From: a virus
Strand: one strand, 5' to 3'
DNA: 64,000 nucleotides
IMG/VR virus record: IMGVR_UViG_3300035180_002703
Coordinates: 10,465-74,464 of that record
In this document: positions 55,039 through 64,000 of the stretch, one piece after another
Position numbering within the stretch: position 1 is the stretch's first letter
How the letters are laid out: each line of letters starts with the position of its first letter
Program-made: the position numbers and the translations under genes
The notes under the pieces: generated by a model
Seen by the model: only the letters and a program-made list of their open reading frames with translations
Database searches by the model: none
Told to the model about the DNA's origin: nothing

Positions 55039-58000
55039 TTGCGCATGAAACTGATTATCGGTGGTATTGTTCGCTTTATGAAGGCTGTCCGTGCTCGCGC
55101 TCGTGATGTGGGCATGGGCTCATTGTTTGATACGGACGTCTCTGAGCCCCAGCCGAAGACGTCAGAACCTCCAAAGCCCCGAACGAACCATTCCACCAGT
55201 CCCCAGCGGACTCGTGCGACTACTGCCCCCAAAAGCCGTGCGGCCAAGCCGAAAAGCCCGGCGGCTCACATGGGGAGTTTGTTTGACTTTGATGGAGGTG
55301 ATCTGTTTGACAATGGCGGAATAGAGTTCTATCATGAATCTGGTGGAAACAATCAGAAGGCGTCTGCGCAGCCGGAGACCCGCCCAAAGCCGGAGCCCCA
55401 CCCAAAGCCAGAGCCCCGCCCCGAGCGGCCTCGCAATACTACCGGCACCAAAAGCCGCGTGGCCAAGCCGAAGAGCTCGTCGGCTCATATGGGGAATTTG
55501 TTTGACTTTGATGAAGGCGATCTGGTTGACAACAGCGGAATAGAGTTCTATCATGAGTCTGAGGGTAAGAGCCAGGAATCGCCTGCACAGCATGAGCACG
55601 GCGAGGCCGAGCAGCACGATGTTGGCACTGTTGCCGATTGGGAGTTCGAGCACAAGCACCCGCGCGCGCAGTCTGGCACCCCGACATATAACCCGGAAAC
55701 TGGCAAGCAGATCAAGCCGGGTCAGTTTGCACCTAAGCAGGACACTGGAGAGGACGAAGAGACACCAAAGGAGGGTGGAGATGTTGACACATTGGGGGCT
55801 TCTGTACATGAAGCACCTGAAGCAGTTCAGGCCGAAGCTGTACAGAGAAATGAAGAAAGCGGGAGAGCTGGAGAAGTTCGCCCTGAGGGCACAGGAGTCG
55901 GCGAAAGACATGTTCGAGATACTGGTGAGGCGAGGGGTGGACCCGCACGACGCGAAGATCAGGGCGGAGAGAACGTACATCCTGCTTCCGGACGAAAAGG
56001 AAGTGCCCGACCTAGCGAACAACCCGTATCAGACCGGATAGAACCTGCCCATGCCGATGTAGAGATTGTCGGCCAGTTTTCTGCGCCGACGAAGGTCGGG
56101 AACGACTACCGAATTCGCGAAGACGACGATATTGGCGGAGGCAACGAGAGGGAGAAGCTCGACCGCAACATGGAGGCTATCCGAATACTGAAAAGCCTCC
56201 AGGAAAGCGGTAGAATGGCAACGCCTGAAGAGCAGGCGAAGCTGGCGTTGTATACCGGATGGGGATGGGCGCAGGAAGTCTTCAGGTCTCGGTATGTAGA
56301 CAGCCGGTGGAGTAAAGACTTCGATGAGTTGGAGGACCTGCTAACTGGGGAGGAATACGAGGCGGCAAGGGACTCTATTGTCAATGCCCACTACACATCC
56401 AAAGAAGTTGTCGAATCAATCTATGGCGTTCTGCGCGGAACCGGGTTCTATGGTGGCCGCGTCCTTGAGCCTGGGTGCGGAGTTGGCAACTTCATCGGCT
56501 TGATGCCACCCGACATGTGGGCGCGATCTCAGATTACCGGCGTGGAGAAGGAAACCATTGCCGGGTCGATCGCAAAGCACCTCTATCAAAGCGCAGATAT
56601 TCAGGTTACGCCAATGCAGAATTCTGTGTTGGCGGATAACTTCTACGACCTCGCTATTGGCAACGTCCCGTTTGGCAACTTCGGTGTTGCCGACATAGAA
56701 TTTGAGCGAACGGGCAGGCAGTACCTCGAACGATCCATCCACAACTACTTCTTCGCCAAAGCGCTTGACAAGGTGCGCCCGGGTGGCTTGCTGTGTATGA
56801 TCACGTCGACATACGCAATGGACTCCCAAACTGGGAAGCTGTGGCGCGAATACATGGCCAAACATGCTGATCTGTTGATGGCATTGAGGTTGCCGGGGGA
56901 AACTTTTGCAAAGAACGCTGGGACGAAGGTGACTTCGGACATTCTGTTCTTGCGGAAGCGCATGCCTGGCGAAACGGGAACCGGCGAAAAGTGGGCGGAT
57001 GTTGTTGAGACACCCATAGACATCAATCTTGCCAACGGCGAGAAGCACACGGTGACTGTGGAGCTCAATGAATACTTTAGGGACCATCGCGACCACGTGT
57101 TGGGCAAGATGTTGAATTACAACCCGCTCATACCGAATGGCCGTGGCACCTCTGTGACTAGCGATGGGAGGAACATCCAGAGAGCCATTGCGCAGGCCGG
57201 CTTGAAGCTTCTAGGCATCTACAAGGCGTCGGAGACGCCCAACAATAAGCCCGATGCGGATAGGATTATTGCCCCGGAGGGTTTGAACCAGGGCGGCTTT
57301 ATCGTGCAAGGCGGTAAGGTCTATGTGCGGGAAGGCCGCGAACTTGTTCCGCGCAACGTGTCCCCGACGGACGTGCGCAAATACGAGCGAATGACCGCGT
57401 TGAGAGATCATACGCGCGCGCTGATCATTGCAATGGGGAGCCATGATTCAACAGATGCTGAAATAGCCTCCATGCAGTCTGATCTCACCAATTTGTATTC
57501 GTCCTTCTACAACAACCACGGCTACCTGCATGACCCAAAGAACGTTCGCACGTTTGGAGATGACCCCGACTACCCGCTGTTGTTGGGGTTGGAAACCAAG
57601 AGTGGCAATCGGTGGGTGAAGTCCGATATCTTCACGAAGCGGACCATTGTGCCTGCGTCCAAGGCGACCCACGCCGATAGTGCTCGCGACGCCATGATGA
57701 TCTCCCTACGGGAGAACGGCGGAATCGATCTGGAGCACATGGCGAATCTAACTGGGAAGTCGCAGGAAGAGGTGCAGGCCGAGCTTGTCCGAACCAGTGT
57801 GGCGTTTGTCAATCCAGGTGGAAGCCTAGAAACGGCGGATTCTTATCTGTCTGGAGACGTTAGAAAGAAGCTGGCCGAGGCACGTGCTGCTGCCAAGCTC
57901 GACCCAAAGTATAAGCCAAACGTGGATGCGCTTGAGGCGGTGCAGCCGGTCGATCTGGCACCAGGCGAGATTGATGCGAATTTTGGTGCTCCGTGGATAC

Positions 58001-61000
58001 CCAACGATGTCATCGTCGAGTTCATGAACCAGATCATCGGTTACACTAGAGATCACAGTGCGGAATTCAACGAAGTTGACGGTGAATGGAGGCTGGACAC
58101 CGGCCCGCTTACTCGCACGTGGAGCCCCGCCCGGCGGCAGTTTGAAACTGAGGAAGTAGACATCCTGAAAATGCTTCGCACGACTATAAATGGGAAGCAT
58201 ATTGTTGTGTACAAGACGGAGGGGTATGGAGATACCGCGCGCAGAGTAGTGGATGCGGTGGCCACAGAGGTGGCTCAGCAGCGGCAGGAGGCATTGCGCA
58301 ACGAGTTCCGGAAGTGGGCGTGGTCAGACCCGGAGCGTGCGGAAAGCCTTGCGAAACGTTACAACGTTATGTTCAACAATCTGCGCCAGCGCCAATACGA
58401 CGGATCGCACCTAGAGTTGCCCGGATTGTCTGCCGGTTGGGCGGCACCGGGGAAGATGCATAAGCATGTGAAGGACGCTATTTGGCGTCAGCTCCAGAGT
58501 GGCACGACACTTTTGGCACACGCGGTCGGCGCTGGGAAGACTGCCGAGATGATCGGCGCGGCTATGGAAATGCGCCGGTTGGGAATGGCGCGCAAGCCGA
58601 TGTTTGTTGTCCCAAACGGTCTTGTTGGGCAATGGGCAGAGGAAATCAGGGGCATGTATCCGGGTGCGAAGGTGCTCATGACTACTCCGCAGGACTTTAC
58701 GCCGAGCCGCCGTCGGGCACTGGCAGCTAAGATCGCGACGGGGGATTGGGATGCGGTTCTGGTAGCTCATTCCCACTTTACCAAATTGCCACTGTCTGCT
58801 GATGCGCAAGAAGAGTACATCAAAGAACAAATTGAGCAAATAGAACACGCCATTGCGTCCAAAGACCGCACGGAAACAATGAAGAAGCTGGTCAAGGCTA
58901 AGCTGCGGCTTGAGGTGAAGCTACAGAAGCTGAGAATGAGCCAGGATGAAAACACGATCCCGTTCGAATCCCTTGGCGTCGATCAGCTGTTCGTAGATGA
59001 ATTCCACTTGTTCAAGAACCTTGGGATAACGACCAAGCGCCAAAGCGTTGCTGGCTTGCCTACTGGGAATGGAAGCGCGCGTGCGCTCGATATGTACATG
59101 AAGACGCAACATCTCATTAGGCGGAACAACGGTCGAGGCGTCGTCGCGGCGACCGGAACACCGATTGCTAATTCTATTGCCGAGATGTACACCATGATGC
59201 GATACCTGTCGAACGACAGGCTGAGGGCGGCTGGCCTGGGGCATTTCGACTCTTGGGCTAACAACTATGGTGAGGTGGTGAGCTCGGTTGAGTTGAAGCC
59301 GAACGGCAAATATGGCGTTAGGCTAAGGTTCTCAAAGTTCACGAATGTTCCAGAACTCGCGGCCATGTACCAGCAGTTTGCCGACGTGAAGACGCAGGAG
59401 GACTTGAACCTAAAGCTGCCAAAGGCGAAGCGGCTTCCTGTGATTTGCCCGCCATCGCCATCTCAGATTGCATACATCAAACAGTTGCAGTATAGGGCTG
59501 AATCCATCTTGGGAGAACATGGAGAGCGACCACCGCTGAATGAAGACAACATGCTGAAGCTGATGTCCGACTGGAGGAAGTGTTCTCTTGATATAAGGCT
59601 GGTCGATCCTAGCGCTCCTGAAAACCCTGACAGTAAGGTCAACAGGTGCGTGACCAATGTGACGAATGTGTACAAACGTACGAAGGACAATCTCGGCACT
59701 CAGATATTGTTCCTCGATCTGGGCACACCAAAAACCAAGGATAACGCTCGGGCGTCTCGCGTTGACATTGATGCCCCAGACGAAAACGACTTGACTGCGG
59801 AGGAGAGAAGCCTCCAAACGAGCGTCTATGAGGACTTGCGCAAGAAGCTGATTGCTCAGGGCATCCCAGCACACGAGATTGCATTCATCCATGATGCCAA
59901 GACGCAGAAGGATAAGGTCGATCTATTTGATGACGTGAATCAGGGCAAGATTCGCGTGCTCATCGGCTCAACGGAAAAGATGGGTGTCGGGATGAATGCC
60001 CAGAAGAAAGTTGCCGCCCTGCATCACATCGATTGCCCGTGGCGTCCATGCGACCTCGAACAGCGAGAAGGACGGGCCATTCGACAGGGCAATGAAAACG
60101 AAGAAGTAGAACTCTATTTGTACGCCACCGGTGGTGAAGGCAACGCGATGTCTGCTGACACCTTGATGTATCAATACGTTGAGACAAAAGGCAAGTCGAT
60201 CAATCAGATACAGCAGGGCAAGACTGACGGACGGACGATGGATGACGTCGGACTGGTAATTACCGCCGGCGAAATGAAGGGACTATCCAGCGCTAACCCG
60301 CTTGTCCGGGAGAAGGTTGCTGTCGATAACGAGCTACATAAGCACGAGAGGCTGGCACAGGCACACATCATTGAACAGCAGAAAATTAGCTATCGGGCTC
60401 ATGTGATACCCAAAGAGAATGAAGAGCTTGCCAAGAAACTCAGAGTGATTGGCGATGACGAAAAGCACTACATGGCCAATAAGTCCGACCACTTCTCTGC
60501 GGTAATCGATGGGAAGACATATACGAACCCAGAGGAAGCGGGAAACATTATCAACAAGAAAATGATAGAGGCGCATTTTGCCCCTGGGGTATCCGCTGTC
60601 GGTTCGTTGGACGGGTTCACTATACTGATAAGAGGTGGCGAATCGCCAGAATTGTCGTTGACGCGCGACCCGACGGCTGCATCTAAAGGGTTGGCTGCCA
60701 CATACTACTGTGGGGTTGGCGACGGGGGCCGTTCGACGGCTGCCAAGATGACATATGCGTTATCTAGCATCCCCGGTCGCATCAAGCATATTCAAGAAAC
60801 GATTGAGAATAACAAGAAGGAGGCGGAGTCTCTGATGAATGCAATGCGCCCCTTTGAGCATCAAGAGAAGCTAGAAGAACTCCGCCGCCGTGCGGAGGAG
60901 ATCAACGAACAGCTTGGAGTCACCAAGAAGGATAACAGCGCATTCTCGGAAGATGACGATGAAGGCGACGATTCCGTTGACTATGAGGGCCTTGAAAAAG

Positions 61001-62709
61001 CGTTGTTGCGCACCGTGATCATCTCTGGGTCCAACAAGCAAACTGTCGATCGTGCGATGGATGCAATCGAGAAGGCGATCGCGCTGAATAGGCAGACGGG
61101 CAGCATGCAGGGTAAGGCATCATACATGACGCCGATGCGGTCTTTGGCGAATGCCGCTCAATCTGTGTATTCGGGCGCTCGCCGGGCTATTCAGACGGTT
61201 CGATCCCCCCGCATGGCGTCTGTGGCAGCTGCTGCGCGCATGAGGGGCGTTGGTGGAAACCAGTATGAAGCTGCGGACAGCGAGCATGCTGCGCGCGTCG
61301 TGTCTAAGTTGGGAGCGAAGCGCGGCATGTCCGTGGGCGAGCCTCGTAGAATGATCTCGGCTGGGTCCAGAGGTCAGGCTGCGGTTGCACATACTGTAGA
61401 TGTCAATGGCCGGCAGGTCCAGATTACGCAGAAGCCGAAGGCGAGTTTGCAGAACATGCAGCGCCCACCGAAGGCAATGCCGAAGACGCCGAAGACGCCA
61501 TCGATGCCAAAGCAAGCCGTGCCACAAACAGAGAAGGTTATGCCGCCGGTCAACGTTCACGATCGTGCCGTAAACCTGGGCATGCATCATGTCGCGACAA
61601 ACACAAAGGCGAAGCGGAACTGGTATGGCAAGCGAATTGGCGATATTGCCTACCATGACTACCACCATCCGAGGCCGCACGTGGCAGCTCGGCTCCTCCG
61701 TAGCGGCCTGCAAGAGACGCACAAGGTGTCCAACATTCGCCGTCGCAAGGTCTACATGAAAAACGGTACGGCACGCGTAGTCGCGGCATTTCATGCCACG
61801 CCGAAGAATGGCGGTTCATCGCACATCATCAGCGTAATGAGGAAGAGCGTCGTCGATCCAGCCATGTGTCGTCCTATCGTCATCACAGGGGTCGAGGGGC
61901 TTATCTTCAAGGCGTTGGATGACCATGACGTCCGCCTGCTTTCGTTGTTTACCCGGCAGGAGGGTCCCCTGAGCAAAGCCGCCGGCGGAAATGGCCAGAT
62001 GGCTTTTGACTTTGGGGGCGAGTCGGAGAACCATTCGAAAAAGAAGCCGGAAGTCGGTGGCGGTAAGCGCAATGTCGTACGCAAGCCCGATGCCAAAACG
62101 CCAAGCGTTGGTGTCCTTCCCGGCTTAGGGGATGACCATCCGAACGAACCCGCGCCTAAAAGCCCGACGGTGGCTGCTCCCGCCAAGCCTCCGGCCACTT
62201 CCCCGAGCGTGGATGCCAAACCGACGGTTACTGTGAAGCCCGCCGACGATACCGATTATTCTGAACACAAGTCGCGGTATGAGAATGCGATGAGCAAGTA
62301 CAAAGAGGCCGATGAATGGCACGCCAAGACGCACCAGGCATACCGTAAGGGTGACGTTAGCCATAGGGGAATGGTGAATGCCATCGAGCGGCTTGAGGAC
62401 GCTCACCATGCATTGCTCGACGCGAACCATCGACTGCCTAGACACCTTAGGAAGGTCCCTCCGGAGCCTTCGTATAGTCTTCCTATCCCCAGAGAGCATG
62501 TAGATCAGTATCGCAAAGCGCGCGCCAACTACAACAAGGCCTCCGCTGAACACGATGAATTGTCTGCGAAGCACTCTCGCGGAGAGGTTGGCCGCCATGA
62601 GGTGGAGTCTGCTCGTAGGCGGAAGTTTGATGCTGGATTGGCGGCTATGGATGCGGACCGTAAGCTGACGTCGGCGCTTGAGCGGTTCAGATCACAGGGC
62701 GTTTATTGA
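55039..62709 (+). CDS. giant DarB-like virion protein: N6-adenine MTase + SNF2 helicase with low-complexity extensions
   Basis: LEPGCGVGNF, GNVPF, AHAVGAGKT, VDEFH, ATGTPIANS, QREGRAIRQGN. Confidence 0.9.
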   Translation: MRMKLIIGGIVRFMKAVRARARDVGMGSLFDTDVSEPQPKTSEPPKPRTNHSTSPQRTRATTAPKSRAAKPKSPAAHMGSLFDFDGGDLFDNGGIEFYHESGGNNQKASAQPETRPKPEPHPKPEPRPERPRNTTGTKSRVAKPKSSSAHMGNLFDFDEGDLVDNSGIEFYHESEGKSQESPAQHEHGEAEQHDVGTVADWEFEHKHPRAQSGTPTYNPETGKQIKPGQFAPKQDTGEDEETPKEGGDVDTLGASVHEAPEAVQAEAVQRNEESGRAGEVRPEGTGVGERHVRDTGEARGGPARREDQGGENVHPASGRKGSARPSEQPVSDRIEPAHADVEIVGQFSAPTKVGNDYRIREDDDIGGGNEREKLDRNMEAIRILKSLQESGRMATPEEQAKLALYTGWGWAQEVFRSRYVDSRWSKDFDELEDLLTGEEYEAARDSIVNAHYTSKEVVESIYGVLRGTGFYGGRVLEPGCGVGNFIGLMPPDMWARSQITGVEKETIAGSIAKHLYQSADIQVTPMQNSVLADNFYDLAIGNVPFGNFGVADIEFERTGRQYLERSIHNYFFAKALDKVRPGGLLCMITSTYAMDSQTGKLWREYMAKHADLLMALRLPGETFAKNAGTKVTSDILFLRKRMPGETGTGEKWADVVETPIDINLANGEKHTVTVELNEYFRDHRDHVLGKMLNYNPLIPNGRGTSVTSDGRNIQRAIAQAGLKLLGIYKASETPNNKPDADRIIAPEGLNQGGFIVQGGKVYVREGRELVPRNVSPTDVRKYERMTALRDHTRALIIAMGSHDSTDAEIASMQSDLTNLYSSFYNNHGYLHDPKNVRTFGDDPDYPLLLGLETKSGNRWVKSDIFTKRTIVPASKATHADSARDAMMISLRENGGIDLEHMANLTGKSQEEVQAELVRTSVAFVNPGGSLETADSYLSGDVRKKLAEARAAAKLDPKYKPNVDALEAVQPVDLAPGEIDANFGAPWIPNDVIVEFMNQIIGYTRDHSAEFNEVDGEWRLDTGPLTRTWSPARRQFETEEVDILKMLRTTINGKHIVVYKTEGYGDTARRVVDAVATEVAQQRQEALRNEFRKWAWSDPERAESLAKRYNVMFNNLRQRQYDGSHLELPGLSAGWAAPGKMHKHVKDAIWRQLQSGTTLLAHAVGAGKTAEMIGAAMEMRRLGMARKPMFVVPNGLVGQWAEEIRGMYPGAKVLMTTPQDFTPSRRRALAAKIATGDWDAVLVAHSHFTKLPLSADAQEEYIKEQIEQIEHAIASKDRTETMKKLVKAKLRLEVKLQKLRMSQDENTIPFESLGVDQLFVDEFHLFKNLGITTKRQSVAGLPTGNGSARALDMYMKTQHLIRRNNGRGVVAATGTPIANSIAEMYTMMRYLSNDRLRAAGLGHFDSWANNYGEVVSSVELKPNGKYGVRLRFSKFTNVPELAAMYQQFADVKTQEDLNLKLPKAKRLPVICPPSPSQIAYIKQLQYRAESILGEHGERPPLNEDNMLKLMSDWRKCSLDIRLVDPSAPENPDSKVNRCVTNVTNVYKRTKDNLGTQILFLDLGTPKTKDNARASRVDIDAPDENDLTAEERSLQTSVYEDLRKKLIAQGIPAHEIAFIHDAKTQKDKVDLFDDVNQGKIRVLIGSTEKMGVGMNAQKKVAALHHIDCPWRPCDLEQREGRAIRQGNENEEVELYLYATGGEGNAMSADTLMYQYVETKGKSINQIQQGKTDGRTMDDVGLVITAGEMKGLSSANPLVREKVAVDNELHKHERLAQAHIIEQQKISYRAHVIPKENEELAKKLRVIGDDEKHYMANKSDHFSAVIDGKTYTNPEEAGNIINKKMIEAHFAPGVSAVGSLDGFTILIRGGESPELSLTRDPTAASKGLAATYYCGVGDGGRSTAAKMTYALSSIPGRIKHIQETIENNKKEAESLMNAMRPFEHQEKLEELRRRAEEINEQLGVTKKDNSAFSEDDDEGDDSVDYEGLEKALLRTVIISGSNKQTVDRAMDAIEKAIALNRQTGSMQGKASYMTPMRSLANAAQSVYSGARRAIQTVRSPRMASVAAAARMRGVGGNQYEAADSEHAARVVSKLGAKRGMSVGEPRRMISAGSRGQAAVAHTVDVNGRQVQITQKPKASLQNMQRPPKAMPKTPKTPSMPKQAVPQTEKVMPPVNVHDRAVNLGMHHVATNTKAKRNWYGKRIGDIAYHDYHHPRPHVAARLLRSGLQETHKVSNIRRRKVYMKNGTARVVAAFHATPKNGGSSHIISVMRKSVVDPAMCRPIVITGVEGLIFKALDDHDVRLLSLFTRQEGPLSKAAGGNGQMAFDFGGESENHSKKKPEVGGGKRNVVRKPDAKTPSVGVLPGLGDDHPNEPAPKSPTVAAPAKPPATSPSVDAKPTVTVKPADDTDYSEHKSRYENAMSKYKEADEWHAKTHQAYRKGDVSHRGMVNAIERLEDAHHALLDANHRLPRHLRKVPPEPSYSLPIPREHVDQYRKARANYNKASAEHDELSAKHSRGEVGRHEVESARRRKFDAGLAAMDADRKLTSALERFRSQGVY
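55781..56041 (+). CDS. nested out-of-frame TnpV-like protein
   Basis: SD AAGGAGG/GGAG before ATG; WG..Y.KHLKQFRPKLYREMKKAGELEKF. Confidence 0.65.
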   Translation: MLTHWGLLYMKHLKQFRPKLYREMKKAGELEKFALRAQESAKDMFEILVRRGVDPHDAKIRAERTYILLPDEKEVPDLANNPYQTG

Positions 62710-62739
62710 TGTTGGGCGTGCGGCCCACTGGAGGCTGTC

Positions 62740-63417
62740 ATGAAAAGCCAGGACATGCGAAAGGCGATTGAAGCATGGTGCGACATGATTGTTGAGGACC
62801 TGCGCAAGGCGGTTGAGGATGCCGACATCGCGGCGTCTCCGCAGGTGAAAACCTCAAATCCGCGCGTCTCCCAGCTTCCCAAGCAGGCTGGCACACCAAA
62901 GAAAGATAACCCGGAGCATGCGGCGGCTTTATCGAGATATCAAGATGCATTGAAACATTACCGAAAGGTCGAGGCCGAGCATTCCACTGCATACAACCAT
63001 TACTTCAAGAGCCCCCGCATCTGTGCTAATGACTACAGCCGCGCCCTGGCGAAGCTTGATAGCGCTCATTACGCACTTCGCACCGCAAGGTCGCGATTGC
63101 CCCAGCATTTGAGAGAGCCGTTGCCGAAGATGCCGTATAACGTTGAAATGCCAGAAGAGGTCGGTCGCTTTAGGGCTGCCCGTGCTGAAACCCGGAATGA
63201 GTTGAAAAGGCATTTGGGCGTATTGCTCCGCAGGTCTACCGGTGAAGTAACGCCAGAACAGGTTGCCGAAGCAAAGCGTGGCGCAGAAGCAGTGTTGGGT
63301 AAGGAATTCTCCAACCGGGGGAAGCTGAATTCTGACCTTGTGCGACATCGCGCAATGGCTTTGGACCCAACGCAGAGAATGCGTATCCTAGCTCGGCGCA
63401 TGGCTCATGGAGAGTAA
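62740..63417 (+). CDS. hypothetical protein paralogous to the giant protein's C-terminus
   Basis: RY..A...Y......H...L..AH.AL..A..RLP.HLR. Confidence 0.7.
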   Translation: MKSQDMRKAIEAWCDMIVEDLRKAVEDADIAASPQVKTSNPRVSQLPKQAGTPKKDNPEHAAALSRYQDALKHYRKVEAEHSTAYNHYFKSPRICANDYSRALAKLDSAHYALRTARSRLPQHLREPLPKMPYNVEMPEEVGRFRAARAETRNELKRHLGVLLRRSTGEVTPEQVAEAKRGAEAVLGKEFSNRGKLNSDLVRHRAMALDPTQRMRILARRMAHGE

Positions 63418-63420
63418 CCA

Positions 63421-64000
63421 ATGCAAAAGGATAACGTCGAGGAGCCTGTGTCGAAGGAGCAGGCTGCATACAATACGGCGCTTGCCAGGTTTCGTAAGCT
63501 TGATGCAATTCATCGCAGAGTAGAAGCAAAGTACCGAGGCCACGAGATCAGCCACACTGATTTCCTCCAGTCTATGGCGCGCCGAACATCTGCGTTGTCC
63601 AAGCTAGATGATGCCAGGCGCAAACTGTCTTCTGGCGATACTGGTAAAGGCGCTGGGATTTCCCATACGATCGGTAGCCAGAATAAGAAAGAGGATACAG
63701 TCGGGGTCTCGGGCCGCCACTATGAATGGCCGGACCATACTGCTGTGCCAAAATATTTTGATAGGCTATACAAAGAGCATATGGCGGATCATAAGAAGAA
63801 GCGTGGGCGGGTACCAAGCCAGATTTGGGATGAATTGTACCGTTCGGCACTGATTGAGGCGATGGATAATGCAAAGTCGCATCGAATGGATGCAGAGCGT
63901 CACAGGATGGGGAACCTGACGCATGAGGCATATGCATCCAGCCTCCGCAGTCTCATGGGGTCGTACCATGCATTTGAGAAGGCCAATAACGATTTGCCGG
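63421..64000 (+). CDS. hypothetical protein, partial
   Basis: SD GGAG; MQKDNVEEPVSKEQAAY, open to the window end. Confidence 0.65.
   Translation, partial: MQKDNVEEPVSKEQAAYNTALARFRKLDAIHRRVEAKYRGHEISHTDFLQSMARRTSALSKLDDARRKLSSGDTGKGAGISHTIGSQNKKEDTVGVSGRHYEWPDHTAVPKYFDRLYKEHMADHKKKRGRVPSQIWDELYRSALIEAMDNAKSHRMDAERHRMGNLTHEAYASSLRSLMGSYHAFEKANNDLP

Overview
This window is part of a large tailed-phage genome (or prophage), with almost every gene on the + strand. In order it carries: a divergent XRE-HTH/DNA adenine methylase pair; a subtilisin; a glycosyltransferase/radical-SAM cluster; tail, lysis and tail-fibre genes; an early region with many strong sigma70 promoters, a DNA sliding clamp, pentapeptide-repeat proteins and small paralog families; a recombination/replication module (SSAP, initiator with internal repeats, DnaB); a second promoter-dense small-gene region ending in about 3 kb of low-complexity DNA; then TerS, TerL, an ECF sigma factor, an SPO1/Twort-like portal, a MuF-like protein and a 2556-aa DarB-like MTase-SNF2 protein. 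The main unexplained signal is an RNA regulatory layer. It comprises 13 copies of a covarying structured leader (RUAAGN internal loop, bulged A) just before Shine-Dalgarno sites, two type II hammerhead ribozymes directly upstream of two of them, a minus-strand ORF-less variant, and a candidate small RNA at about 46.15-46.25 kb complementary to both conserved arms of the leader. Protein calls come from motif recognition only; no searches were run.
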